64,000 nt of DNA from Candidatus Bathyarchaeia archaeon. GTDB lineage: Archaea > Thermoproteota > Bathyarchaeia > Bathyarchaeales > Bathycorpusculaceae. The stretch lies in NCBI GenBank assembly GCA_038883775.1, contig JAVZLM010000003.1, positions 96,001-160,000 on the forward strand. The letters are read 5' to 3'. Under the pieces are notes generated by a model that saw only the letters and a program-made list of their open reading frames with translations, did not search any database and was not told where the DNA came from. Below are positions 30,461 to 39,425 of this stretch, in pieces (position 1 is the stretch's first letter; each line of letters opens with the position of its first letter). Both the position numbers and the translations under genes were made by a program.

Positions 30461-30976
30461 ATGTCAAAGAAGAAACTCCACATCCGATACATTAGGCTGC
30501 CCAACCAAGTGTTAGATATCTATGATGATTTAATTTATAGGTCGGGAAAAATTATTGTAAGCAAGGGTCAAATTACATCCGCACACAGCATCATATTTGA
30601 TGACGAAATTGTTTTAGCACATGGTTTTCAAATAGTTTATTTTGATTTAATTGGCAAATGGTTTGGCGTTGGCAAAATAAGAAACTTGCAAGGAAAGCAT
30701 ACTGGATATTATTGCGACATTGTTAAGCCTCCGCGGGTTTTGGCGGATGGCGGAATTGAGCTTACTGATTTGTTTCTTGACCTTTGGGTTTCGCCTGACT
30801 TAAGGTTTAAAGTGTTGGATGAGGAAGAGTTGGAAAACGCTTTACGTAAGGGTTGGGTTACAAAAGGGCTTTATGATAAAGCAAAGAAGGAACTAAACAA
30901 ACTTATCAATATGGTCGAACAGGGAAAGTTTCCGCCCTACGCCATTAAATTCTTGGAAACGAAAATGGAAATTTAG
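30461..30976 (+). CDS. DUF402-domain protein
   Basis: GYYCDI..P, DLFLDLWV, VLDEEEL. Confidence 0.8.
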   Translation: MSKKKLHIRYIRLPNQVLDIYDDLIYRSGKIIVSKGQITSAHSIIFDDEIVLAHGFQIVYFDLIGKWFGVGKIRNLQGKHTGYYCDIVKPPRVLADGGIELTDLFLDLWVSPDLRFKVLDEEELENALRKGWVTKGLYDKAKKELNKLINMVEQGKFPPYAIKFLETKMEI

Positions 30977-30982
30977 CTATCT

Positions 30983-32074
30983 TTAAGAGCCATGTTTTAG
31001 TAAGCTTGCTGAAGCTGAAAATCCCCATCCATATCCAATCATTAAAATGATGTCGCCTTCTGAAAGTTTGTTCTTTGAAATTATCCTTTCAAGTATGAAT
31101 GGTAGGCTTGCCCCTGCTAGGTTGCCATATTCCCTAAGCACTTCATGCGATTCCTTTATTTTTTCATGTTCGATTTTATGGTATTCTGCCAGGGCCTTTA
31201 GGATTTTTTCGCTGCCAGTGTGAATTGCAAATTTCTTTGCGGCTTTAATGGTTTCTTTCACATTTTTTCCAAGCAATTTCTTAAGGGCTAAACCAGTGTA
31301 TTTAACCCCAAGTTGCGGAATTTCCTTATCTAAATATGAGTAAAAGCCAAATTTGAAAGGTTCGTTCAGCGCTAAAATTTTAGCGTAGCCCGCCAAATAA
31401 TCCCTCTCACTCAAGTTTGTAACTTCCACACTTTTCTTAAAAGCTAAGCCTTCATCACCATTCGCTACAACTGCTGCAGCTACGCCGTCTCCGAAGAGAA
31501 AATACTCCATAACTGCAATCCATTTTTGCAGTTCCATTTGTTGTTTCGCTTTATCTTCTATTTGGCGTATTTGGCTAATTTCCATAACATCCTTTAAGCC
31601 TCTCACTTGATTTTGAAACCAGTAAGAGCTTACCCCAGAAACACATATTAACACATAATCTTTAGGATGGGCAGCAAGATAGTTTTCCGCAATTTCCAAT
31701 GTTTTTGGAAAGGCTGTGCTGGCTATACCCTGAACGTTAACATGCCTAATGTAAGGGTTAAAACCAATATTGCGAATCAAAAGTTGGCTGAGACCTGGGC
31801 TTAAGAATGGATTTGCATCATAAGCTGCAATAAAAAATCCAAATTTTCTAATTTGTATGCCAACCTTTTGGATGACTTTCTGACAAGCCTCTATGCAAAG
31901 GTCAACCAATTCAGAAACTGAATTGGCGTTTTTGATGAGATAGCGCTTTAGAACTCCCAAGTTAAGCACATTTTGTCTAACACCTTCAGGAAGTTGGCAT
32001 GGAAACGCTTCTAAGAGTTTTTCTGTGGAATACTCGTTTTTTGGTAAAGCAGTGGCTAAATTTAGCATTTGCAT
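30983..32074 (-). CDS. Type III polyketide synthase/KAS III-like protein with Ser at the catalytic Cys position
   Basis: LFGDGVAA, IHTGSEKIL (His), YGNLAGAS (Asn), GYGWG; nucleophile loop reads GIAST. Confidence 0.75.
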   Translation of the reverse strand: MQMLNLATALPKNEYSTEKLLEAFPCQLPEGVRQNVLNLGVLKRYLIKNANSVSELVDLCIEACQKVIQKVGIQIRKFGFFIAAYDANPFLSPGLSQLLIRNIGFNPYIRHVNVQGIASTAFPKTLEIAENYLAAHPKDYVLICVSGVSSYWFQNQVRGLKDVMEISQIRQIEDKAKQQMELQKWIAVMEYFLFGDGVAAAVVANGDEGLAFKKSVEVTNLSERDYLAGYAKILALNEPFKFGFYSYLDKEIPQLGVKYTGLALKKLLGKNVKETIKAAKKFAIHTGSEKILKALAEYHKIEHEKIKESHEVLREYGNLAGASLPFILERIISKNKLSEGDIILMIGYGWGFSASASLLKHGS

Positions 32075-32203
32075 AGATTGAAATTGGTTGAAGACGTTAT
32101 AAAAAGATTCTTAAACTGCTACATGCTTTTGGGTTCATTTTTCCACAAAAATCTTATAGTCACTCAACTCAATAGCTACCCTTCATAAATGAGGTGAAGA
32201 AGC

Positions 32204-33499
32204 TTGCCGAAAAAAGTTGGAATAGTCGCAGGAGGCATATCAAGGTTTGACAATCCACGGCATACGTTGCAGGAAGAGATGTGCGCGGAAGCAGTTAAAA
32301 TGGTATTGGATGATGTGCCAGACCTTGAAATTGGAGACTTCATAAAGAAGGGGTATGCATGCTGCTACTCCTATTTTAGCGATATACTGGAACAGCAACA
32401 ATGCATGCACTGGATAATCCACGACTACTTAGGATTCAGCGGCGTACCAGCCTTCCGTGTTGAATCTGGCGGAGCAACACCCATCGACGCCATAATAAAT
32501 GCAACCCTATGGATTCGCTCTGGCATGTTTCCAGTAGTTCTTGTCGTAGGATGGGAAAAAATGAACGAACTGCCAATCCAAAAAGTCAACGAGGCAATAG
32601 CCATCGCTGGCGACACGGATTGGGACTTTGTCTCAGGTTTTACATACAATGCCTTTTATGCTACGCTTGAAACCCGGCGCATGCACGTATATGGAGAAAC
32701 AGAAGAAGACTTGGCTGAAGTTGCCGTTCTCTGCCACAACAACTCCCTTGACAATCCATACGCCCAATGGCCAGCTCAGCATGGCTTCAGCAAAATCACG
32801 GTGGAAGATGTCTACAAGTCACGACTAATCTCTTGGCCTTACAGGCTGCTTGAATGCGCCATGACAAGCGAAGGGGCTTCAGCTTTGCTTTTGGCAAATG
32901 AGGAGATGACGAAGAAATTAACAGACAATCCCGTCTGGATAACTGGCGTCGGCTTCGGAACAGATACCATGCGTCCCGGAGACCGCCCGGACAATCCAGC
33001 ATGGAAAGGATTGTATCCAGAAGACGAGAAAATATGGCCTAAAGAAATTCCACGTCCCATGTCGCCATACCCAGATTTAACAAACTTCGGCTCCCTTCGC
33101 GTAGCTGCAAGAATGGCTTACAAAGATGCTGGAATAAAGAATCCGAGAAAAGAAATAAGTCTCGTCGAAATCTTCGACCCATACGCTGGGGTAGTTTTAG
33201 CAGGACTTGAAGACTTTGACTTCTGCAAAAGAGGAGAAGGGAAGAAATTGCTTCGTGAAGGAGTAATCGCTCCAGACGGAGAACTTCCATGCCAGCTTAG
33301 CGGCGCCTTAACAGCGCAGGGACATGCGGTTGGTTCAACATCAATCGCTCAAGTTGTTGATGTCTATTGGCAATTAAGCAACCAAATAGGTAAGAAATGG
33401 GGTGCGCCGGGAAGACAATTAAGCAAACCAAAAAAAGGCTTTGTGCATGGACACGGTGGCACTGGTTGCCAAGCCGGCGCCGTGGTCTTGGAGGTGTAA
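32204..33499 (+). CDS. Thiolase-like (SCP2-type) protein lacking the nucleophilic Cys
   Basis: VESGGAT in place of ACASG; GWEKM, NPYAQ, EIFDPY, GHAVG. Confidence 0.8.
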   Translation: MPKKVGIVAGGISRFDNPRHTLQEEMCAEAVKMVLDDVPDLEIGDFIKKGYACCYSYFSDILEQQQCMHWIIHDYLGFSGVPAFRVESGGATPIDAIINATLWIRSGMFPVVLVVGWEKMNELPIQKVNEAIAIAGDTDWDFVSGFTYNAFYATLETRRMHVYGETEEDLAEVAVLCHNNSLDNPYAQWPAQHGFSKITVEDVYKSRLISWPYRLLECAMTSEGASALLLANEEMTKKLTDNPVWITGVGFGTDTMRPGDRPDNPAWKGLYPEDEKIWPKEIPRPMSPYPDLTNFGSLRVAARMAYKDAGIKNPRKEISLVEIFDPYAGVVLAGLEDFDFCKRGEGKKLLREGVIAPDGELPCQLSGALTAQGHAVGSTSIAQVVDVYWQLSNQIGKKWGAPGRQLSKPKKGFVHGHGGTGCQAGAVVLEV

Positions 33500-33501
33500 A
33501 A

Positions 33502-34188
33502 ATGAAACAGCCTGGACCAGAAAAAGTTTTGAAGGAACAAAAGATTGACGAAAAATACTGGGAAAAGTGGGAACGCGAAGGAGGATGGCGACCAGTAGGC
33601 TGGAAAATTGTGGAAATGAACGATGGTCCTACGCTTAACGATTTAAAATCTGAACAGTTTATGATTGTGCATAGACCTCATGCAAACTTTTACCATCATA
33701 GCTACGGCAAAGTTTCAAAGTTTTTCATGGGACTTTTGGAAGGCAAACTCTATGGAACAAAATGTCCAAAATGCGGATTAGTTTATTGTCCACCACGAGC
33801 GCACTGCTACAACCCAAAATGTAGGCTTCAAGAAACCAATTGGGTTGAACTTCCAAAGAAGGGCGAAGTTTACTCATACACTGTTATGGCTATTGCTTGG
33901 CCTTCAATGGCGCATCTGCAACCGCTTGTCGGCGCCATGGTGCGTATAGATGGAACAAACACGTGCTTGCCCATGACGATGCGAAACATCGACCCGGAAA
34001 AAGTGAACATAGGCTTAAAAGTAAACATACACATTGAGAAACAGCCAAAAGGCGACCTCCTAGACGTTTACGCAACACCAGCAGAAGAACCTAAACCGCC
34101 AAAAAGAACCTCAGAAGAGCTTAAGCGTTTCAGAGAAGATATGGAAAAAACATTGGCTTGGGTCAGAAAAACCTTCGGACCAAAATAG
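33502..34188 (+). CDS. DUF35 (Zn-ribbon + OB-fold) thiolase partner
   Basis: KCPKCG..YCPPRAHC...C, then OB fold; ATG 33502 after GGAGGTG. Confidence 0.85.
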   Translation: MKQPGPEKVLKEQKIDEKYWEKWEREGGWRPVGWKIVEMNDGPTLNDLKSEQFMIVHRPHANFYHHSYGKVSKFFMGLLEGKLYGTKCPKCGLVYCPPRAHCYNPKCRLQETNWVELPKKGEVYSYTVMAIAWPSMAHLQPLVGAMVRIDGTNTCLPMTMRNIDPEKVNIGLKVNIHIEKQPKGDLLDVYATPAEEPKPPKRTSEELKRFREDMEKTLAWVRKTFGPK

Positions 34189-34326
34189 TCAAAGCCTTAA
34201 ACCCTATATCCTATTTTTAATTTTTCTTCGTGAAAACAGCCGAAAAATGGTTAACATATTTAAATACTCGTCTTAACATTATTTGGTTTTCCATATTAAC
34301 ACGCTAACGAAAAGGAGACACCCCAG

Positions 34327-35499
34327 TTGAAGGGTAAACCCCTCGTTTCCATAGTTTCTGCTGGCTTATCAAAGTTTGGAAAAAGAGACGGATTATATGC
34401 TAGAGAACTTTTTGCAGAAGCCGCCAAAGAAGCCTTTGACCGCTGCCCAAAACTAAACCCTAAAAAAGATATAGAAGCCCTTTTTGTGGGGCATATGGGC
34501 GAATCTTATGAGCATCAAGGGCATAGTGGTGCCACTATGGCGGATTGGGCTGGATTACTGCACATACCAGCCACAAGAGTTGAAGCCGCCTGTTCCTCCT
34601 CTGGCGCTGCTTTGCGGGCTGGAATTTACGCTGTGCTTTCTGGCTTGTGTGATGTTGTTATGGTTGGCGGCGTTGAAAAAATGACCCATAGAAGCACGCC
34701 TGAAGTTACCGAGTATTTGGCTATGGCTTCTGATTATCCGTTTGAGCAGTGGCATGGCATAACTTTTCCAGGCCTGTTTGCTTTGATGGCTACGGCGCAC
34801 ATGCACAAGTACGGCACAACAGAACAGCAGATGGCTATGGTAGCCGTAAAAAACCATTATCATGGAAGCCTAAACCCCAAGGCACACATGCAGAAGGAAG
34901 TAACCCTCGAAACCGCTCTATCATCGCGGGTTATTGCTTGGCCCCTTAAACTTTATGATTGTTCGCTAATAACTGATGGCGCCAGCTGCCTAATCCTAAC
35001 AAAGCCAGAACTAGCCAAAAAATACACGGACACACCCGTGCACATTATTGGAAGTGGACAGGCAAGCGACACTATTGGCATGTATGAAAGAGAAGAATTC
35101 ACATCGCTTATTGCTGCGAAGCTGGCTGCTAAAAAGGCTTATGAAATGGCTAATGTAAGACCAGAGGAAGTTGATGTTGCAGAAGTTCACGACTGCTTCA
35201 CGATAGCTGAAATAATAGCCTACGAAGATTTGGGCTTCTGCAAACCAAGCGAAGGCGGAAAAATAGTCGAAAAAGGCGAAACAAAGCTTGGCGGAAGAAT
35301 TCCAGTAAACACAAGCGGTGGATTAAAAGCAAAGGGGCACCCTGTAGGCGCCACGGGCACAGCCCAAGCCTACGAAATCTATTTGCAATTGACTGGACAG
35401 GCGGAAAAAAGGCAGGTGAAAGATGCGGAAATTGGCTTGACGCATAATGTTGGGGGTTCAGGGGCCACAGCCACCGTTCACATTTACAGGAGGGAATAA
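34327..35499 (+). CDS. Archaeal SCP2-type thiolase (acetyl-CoA C-acyltransferase)
   Basis: EAACSSSG, GVEKM, EVHDCF, GHPVGATG, HNVGG. Confidence 0.9.
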   Translation: MKGKPLVSIVSAGLSKFGKRDGLYARELFAEAAKEAFDRCPKLNPKKDIEALFVGHMGESYEHQGHSGATMADWAGLLHIPATRVEAACSSSGAALRAGIYAVLSGLCDVVMVGGVEKMTHRSTPEVTEYLAMASDYPFEQWHGITFPGLFALMATAHMHKYGTTEQQMAMVAVKNHYHGSLNPKAHMQKEVTLETALSSRVIAWPLKLYDCSLITDGASCLILTKPELAKKYTDTPVHIIGSGQASDTIGMYEREEFTSLIAAKLAAKKAYEMANVRPEEVDVAEVHDCFTIAEIIAYEDLGFCKPSEGGKIVEKGETKLGGRIPVNTSGGLKAKGHPVGATGTAQAYEIYLQLTGQAEKRQVKDAEIGLTHNVGGSGATATVHIYRRE

Positions 35500-35500
35500 A

Positions 35501-35902
35501 ATGAGCGAGCAAGCGTCCTTCACAATAGAAGAGTTCTATAAGCATATGCTTCAGGGAAAGTTTATTGGTGGAAAATGCAAGAAATGCGGCAAAATCCACT
35601 TGCCACCAAGACCATTATGCGACAAATGCTTCTCAAACGAATTTGAATGGGTTGAACTTCCAAAAAATGGAAAACTCCTCACCTACACAATTATTCATGT
35701 TGCACCACCGCAATTCCAAGGAATGGCACCCTACGCTGTTGGCATAGTCCAACTTGAAAACGGAGTAAAAATTCCAGGAATGATTAGAGGCATAGCCTTA
35801 GAAAAAATAAAGATTGGCATGCCTTTAACATTAGACTTTGGAACATGCGCCGCCGCACAACAATGGCCCCAATGGCCCAGATACTATTTCAAGCCAGCCT
35901 AA
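35501..35902 (+). CDS. DUF35 (Zn-ribbon + OB-fold) thiolase partner
   Basis: CKKCG...PPRPLCDKC, GKLLTYT, PYAVG. Confidence 0.88.
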   Translation: MSEQASFTIEEFYKHMLQGKFIGGKCKKCGKIHLPPRPLCDKCFSNEFEWVELPKNGKLLTYTIIHVAPPQFQGMAPYAVGIVQLENGVKIPGMIRGIALEKIKIGMPLTLDFGTCAAAQQWPQWPRYYFKPA

Positions 35903-35911
35903 AAGAAAATT

Positions 35912-36601
35912 TCATGTTTCCAAAGTTTTGTTTAGGTATTCAATTAGCGTGGGCAAGTCTGTTATTGAGGTTATGAGGTAGTTTGCGCCTGAGGCGATTA
36001 GCTCTTTTGGGTTTGAAACGCCCGTTGGCAAAGCTACAGCGACAGCCTTCATTTCCCTTGCGCATCTCATGTCGCTGGAGCCGTCTCCAACAACCATCGC
36101 CTCTTCTGGTTTAACATTTAAAGCCTTCAATGTAGCCTCGAGGTGTTCTGTGTTTGGTTTAACATATTTCACATGGTCCCGTGGCGTGATTGCATCGAAA
36201 AATTCTGTTATTCCAAACTTTTTTAGGATGTGGTTTGTGGATTTTTCGCTATTTATTGTGCATAAGCCAAGCTTCAAACCCATTTTTTTCAAGGCTTTTA
36301 ATGTTTCCAAAACTCCAGGCAGAAGCCCTGTGGTTTTTGCTGCTTCCAACTCGTATTTTTCGGCTATTTCTAGGGCTTTGCTGCGGATTTCCATGAAAGC
36401 CTTTTCAGATTGCCCATTATTTTTCATGAAGATTTCTGTTTTCTTTAACATCTCGAATATGCTTTCGTTTATGGACAATACGGAAGCGGGCATTCCCGCT
36501 TTTATGAGGAAGCTTCGCACTTCAGCCCTAACGCTTCTATAATCTATGTTAAAGCTTGTAAGGGTTCCGTCCAAGTCGAAGATTACCGCTTTAACCGTCA
36601 T
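35912..36601 (-). CDS. HAD-superfamily phosphatase
   Basis: FDLDGTL, T, KP and VGD...D motifs. Confidence 0.9.
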   Translation of the reverse strand: MTVKAVIFDLDGTLTSFNIDYRSVRAEVRSFLIKAGMPASVLSINESIFEMLKKTEIFMKNNGQSEKAFMEIRSKALEIAEKYELEAAKTTGLLPGVLETLKALKKMGLKLGLCTINSEKSTNHILKKFGITEFFDAITPRDHVKYVKPNTEHLEATLKALNVKPEEAMVVGDGSSDMRCAREMKAVAVALPTGVSNPKELIASGANYLITSITDLPTLIEYLNKTLET

Positions 36602-36721
36602 TTTTTCACTCTTGCTCTTTTCTGATTTTGAAGCGTTTAATCACGCTGTGAAAGAAATATACTTTGCGGTAAAACTATTTATGATGACTTTTCAAGAATA
36701 TTTAATGATGGGTGAAAATTT

Positions 36722-37269
36722 GTGGTGGTTATCGAAACAGAGCGTCTTAGGCTGCGAGATTTCGAGGAAGCCGACTGGGAAGCTGTGCATGAATATGCCT
36801 CTGACCCTGAGGTTGTTCGCTACATAGATTGGGGACCCAACACTTTAGCGGATACCCAAAATTTTATTAAAAGAGCCCTTGCCCGCCAAAAAGAACAGCC
36901 CCGCAGAGGCTATGATTTAGCAGTTGTGCTGAAAGCGCAGAATAGGATAATTGGAGGCTGCGGAATCCACATTTCAAACCCAGAAAACCGTGAGGGCTGG
37001 ATAGGCTACGTCTTAAACCGTAAATTTTGGGGAAAGGGCTACGCAACCGAAACAGCAAAGGCTCTTCTCAAATTCAGCTTTGAAAAACTAAATTTGCATA
37101 GAATATTCGCCACCTGCGACCAGCCAACACGGCATCTATACACGTTTTAGAAAAGGTTGGCATGCAACGGGAAAGATGCCTTCGTGAATACAAATGGGTA
37201 AAGGGAAAATGGCGAGACTCGCTTCTATACGCAATTCTAGACCATGAATGGGACAAATTGAATATTTAA
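36722..37269 (+). pseudogene. RimJ/RimL-type GNAT acetyltransferase with a frameshift near 37120
   Basis: ETERLRLR, FWGKGYATE; the C-terminus PANTASIHVLEKVGMQRE...GKWRD continues in the -1 frame to TAA 37269. Confidence 0.75.
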
Positions 37270-37299
37270 CTTCTGACACAATTAATATTTTGATGCGCC

Positions 37300-37521
37300 A
37301 TGAGTTTTGAAGAATACTTAAAAGAGAAATTGTGGCCCATCCTCATCGAAACAGTTCACGCATTAATCATGTATCCAAACCATAAAGCTTATACTCGCGA
37401 AGTTGTTCTCCACGAAAAACCAGACATAACGCCTACAGAATTAGCCGCAAGGCTTGGCATACCCTTAGGCGAAGCCCTCGTAATCTTGTATGAACTAAAG
37501 AATGAAAGGTTAGGCTCTTAA
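37300..37521 (+). CDS. Small HTH-containing protein
   Basis: ITPTELAARLGIP. Confidence 0.6.
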   Translation: MSFEEYLKEKLWPILIETVHALIMYPNHKAYTREVVLHEKPDITPTELAARLGIPLGEALVILYELKNERLGS

Positions 37522-37527
37522 ACGAGT

Positions 37528-38298
37528 TTACGGTTTTGTAACCATTCTCACTGTTGCCAAAATTAGGATTGTTCCAAGCAACACTTTAAGGATTTCTTTA
37601 TCGATAACTGCTGCGTATGTGCCTCCAACCAAGGCGCCAAGAATCGAACAGACTCCCATTATTATTGCTATGATTGTGGCGCCTTGGTTTGTGTGTCCCA
37701 TTCTATGATGTTTTATAAAGCCCATAGCAACAGTTGGTATAGAAACAAGGAGACTTGCCGTTCCGGCTACAATGATGTCGAAATTAAAAATGTATATTAA
37801 AATTGGGATTCTAAATTCGCCGCCTGCAACCCCGAGGGTTCCAGATATTATGCCTATGACAGCGCCAACAAAAATTGCTAAAACAATTTCCTCTAAAGCG
37901 CCTAATGTGATCTGGAATGGTAATGGCGGAGTTTGAATGAACGGCTCAAGCCCGATTTTTAATCCCACAACAACTAAAAATACTGCTAAAATCTTTTTCA
38001 GAGGTTTTTCTGGAATTTTGTTGGTTAATAGTGCGCCCAAATATGCACCCACAATGGAGCCTAAAGACATGGCAATAGCGATGTTAACAGCCTTCTCATT
38101 TAATAAGCCCAACTGAAACCTTTTAAGGAAAGAGGCTAAAACCGTCAAAAAACCCACGAGGAGATTAACAGCAACAGCCGTAACAACAGAAAGCCCAAGA
38201 ATATAAAGCAGTACTGGTATTCTAAACTCTCCCCCACCAACGCCAATCAATCCAGCAGCTATCCCCATAAAGAAGCCGAAAAATAAGGCTGCAAACAC
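37528..38298 (-). CDS. TauE/SafE (TSUP) family permease
   Basis: Duplicated G..GVGGGEFRIP motif; about 8 TMs. Confidence 0.85.
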   Translation of the reverse strand: MFAALFFGFFMGIAAGLIGVGGGEFRIPVLLYILGLSVVTAVAVNLLVGFLTVLASFLKRFQLGLLNEKAVNIAIAMSLGSIVGAYLGALLTNKIPEKPLKKILAVFLVVVGLKIGLEPFIQTPPLPFQITLGALEEIVLAIFVGAVIGIISGTLGVAGGEFRIPILIYIFNFDIIVAGTASLLVSIPTVAMGFIKHHRMGHTNQGATIIAIIMGVCSILGALVGGTYAAVIDKEILKVLLGTILILATVRMVTKP

Positions 38299-38359
38299 TT
38301 TAGCTGCTGATACTGCAAGTTTTTGAGTTATTTTTAAGCACCCTCCCTATTTTGTAAAA

Positions 38360-38383
38360 CGATGTGTTTTCCTAATCATATCG
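38360..38383. promoter_or_regulatory. Putative ModE-type operator
   Basis: CGATGTG-N10-CATATCG, a 24-bp imperfect palindrome between the divergent permease and ModE-like genes. Confidence 0.5.
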
Positions 38384-38421
38384 ATTTAAACTTATAAACC
38401 TAATGCCACAAACAAGAATAC

Positions 38422-38778
38422 ATGGAAAGAAACAAAAGTAAATTCTCATACAAAATATGGTTAGAATATAAAGGAAAACCAGTTTTAGGCAAAGGAGGAG
38501 CCCAAATATTAGAGCAGATAGAAAAGGAAAAATCAATTTCAAAAACTGCACAAAAACTTGGCATGTCCTACCGTTATGTTTGGAGTTACCTAAAAAGAAT
38601 TGAGAAAGTGTTGGGCGAACGAGTCATAGAAACTTATAGAGGTGGCAAATCTGGCGGAGGAGGCGCAAAACTAACGAAGCAGGGCAAAAAACTGCTTGAG
38701 GATTATAAGCGTGTTGAGGATTATTTTGCTAAAGTTCTCGCCAGTAAAAGCGAACATTATTCTACTACATATCTGTAG
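38422..38778 (+). CDS. ModE-family winged-helix regulator (no molybdate-binding domain)
   Basis: [29 protein letters not shown]. Confidence 0.88.
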   Translation: MERNKSKFSYKIWLEYKGKPVLGKGGAQILEQIEKEKSISKTAQKLGMSYRYVWSYLKRIEKVLGERVIETYRGGKSGGGGAKLTKQGKKLLEDYKRVEDYFAKVLASKSEHYSTTYL

Positions 38779-39308
38779 GCTATATGTTCTCCGGCTGTGG
38801 GACTTTTCCTTATTATGCGTAGTATGTCGCCTGGTTTTGCGCCTATGGCTTTAACTGCTGGGTCTGAAGCCTTGATTTGGGGTAGTTGGTAGGGCTGAAC
38901 TTTGTATTGGGCTAATACTTTTTCTCTTTCTTCTTTTGTTAGGATTTCGTGTTTTGGGACTAGTTGGTGCTCGAAGATGTCAAAGGCTGGGAAAGTTCTG
39001 GGTAGAAGTTCGATTTTTCTTTTTTTGGCGCTTTGTTTTACTGCATGTGTGTATCTACCGCTTGTTATCATTATTCCAGAGTCCACGTTGGCTTCTTTCA
39101 TGGCTTTTTGCATGAGGCTTATGGATGTTATGCCCACTGTGGTTTCTTCTGGGGCGCACCATATGAGGATTTTTTGTTTTTCTTTCGGGGCTTCTACAAT
39201 GTAGCCGACATTGTCTTTATGCTTTTCCTTTTTAACAAGTTTGTATCCTCTGAGTTTTATCAAAACTTTTGCTTTGCGCTCTTCCAAACTTTCTTCTTCT
39301 ATACTCAA
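38757..39308 (-). CDS. rpoH: RNA polymerase subunit H/Rpo5 with an extra RPB5-like N-terminal domain
   Basis: C-terminal [32 protein letters not shown]...YRYV; about 105-aa N-terminal extension. Confidence 0.92.
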   Translation of the reverse strand: MSIEEESLEERKAKVLIKLRGYKLVKKEKHKDNVGYIVEAPKEKQKILIWCAPEETTVGITSISLMQKAMKEANVDSGIMITSGRYTHAVKQSAKKRKIELLPRTFPAFDIFEHQLVPKHEILTKEEREKVLAQYKVQPYQLPQIKASDPAVKAIGAKPGDILRIIRKSPTAGEHIAYRYVVE

Positions 39309-39425
39309 ACTTTAAACCTCATGTTATAGCGTTGAAACCTAAATGATGGGTTAAACCCTTAAACTTTACGCTATGCCAAAAGTTAAAAATGAAACTATAG
39401 TATTTAATTCCTTCCGGAACTGGAA

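Noticed and set aside
37100-37150. Programmed frameshift in the GNAT gene
   Set aside because: No slippery heptamer; a simple 1-nt loss (mutation or sequencing error) explains it.
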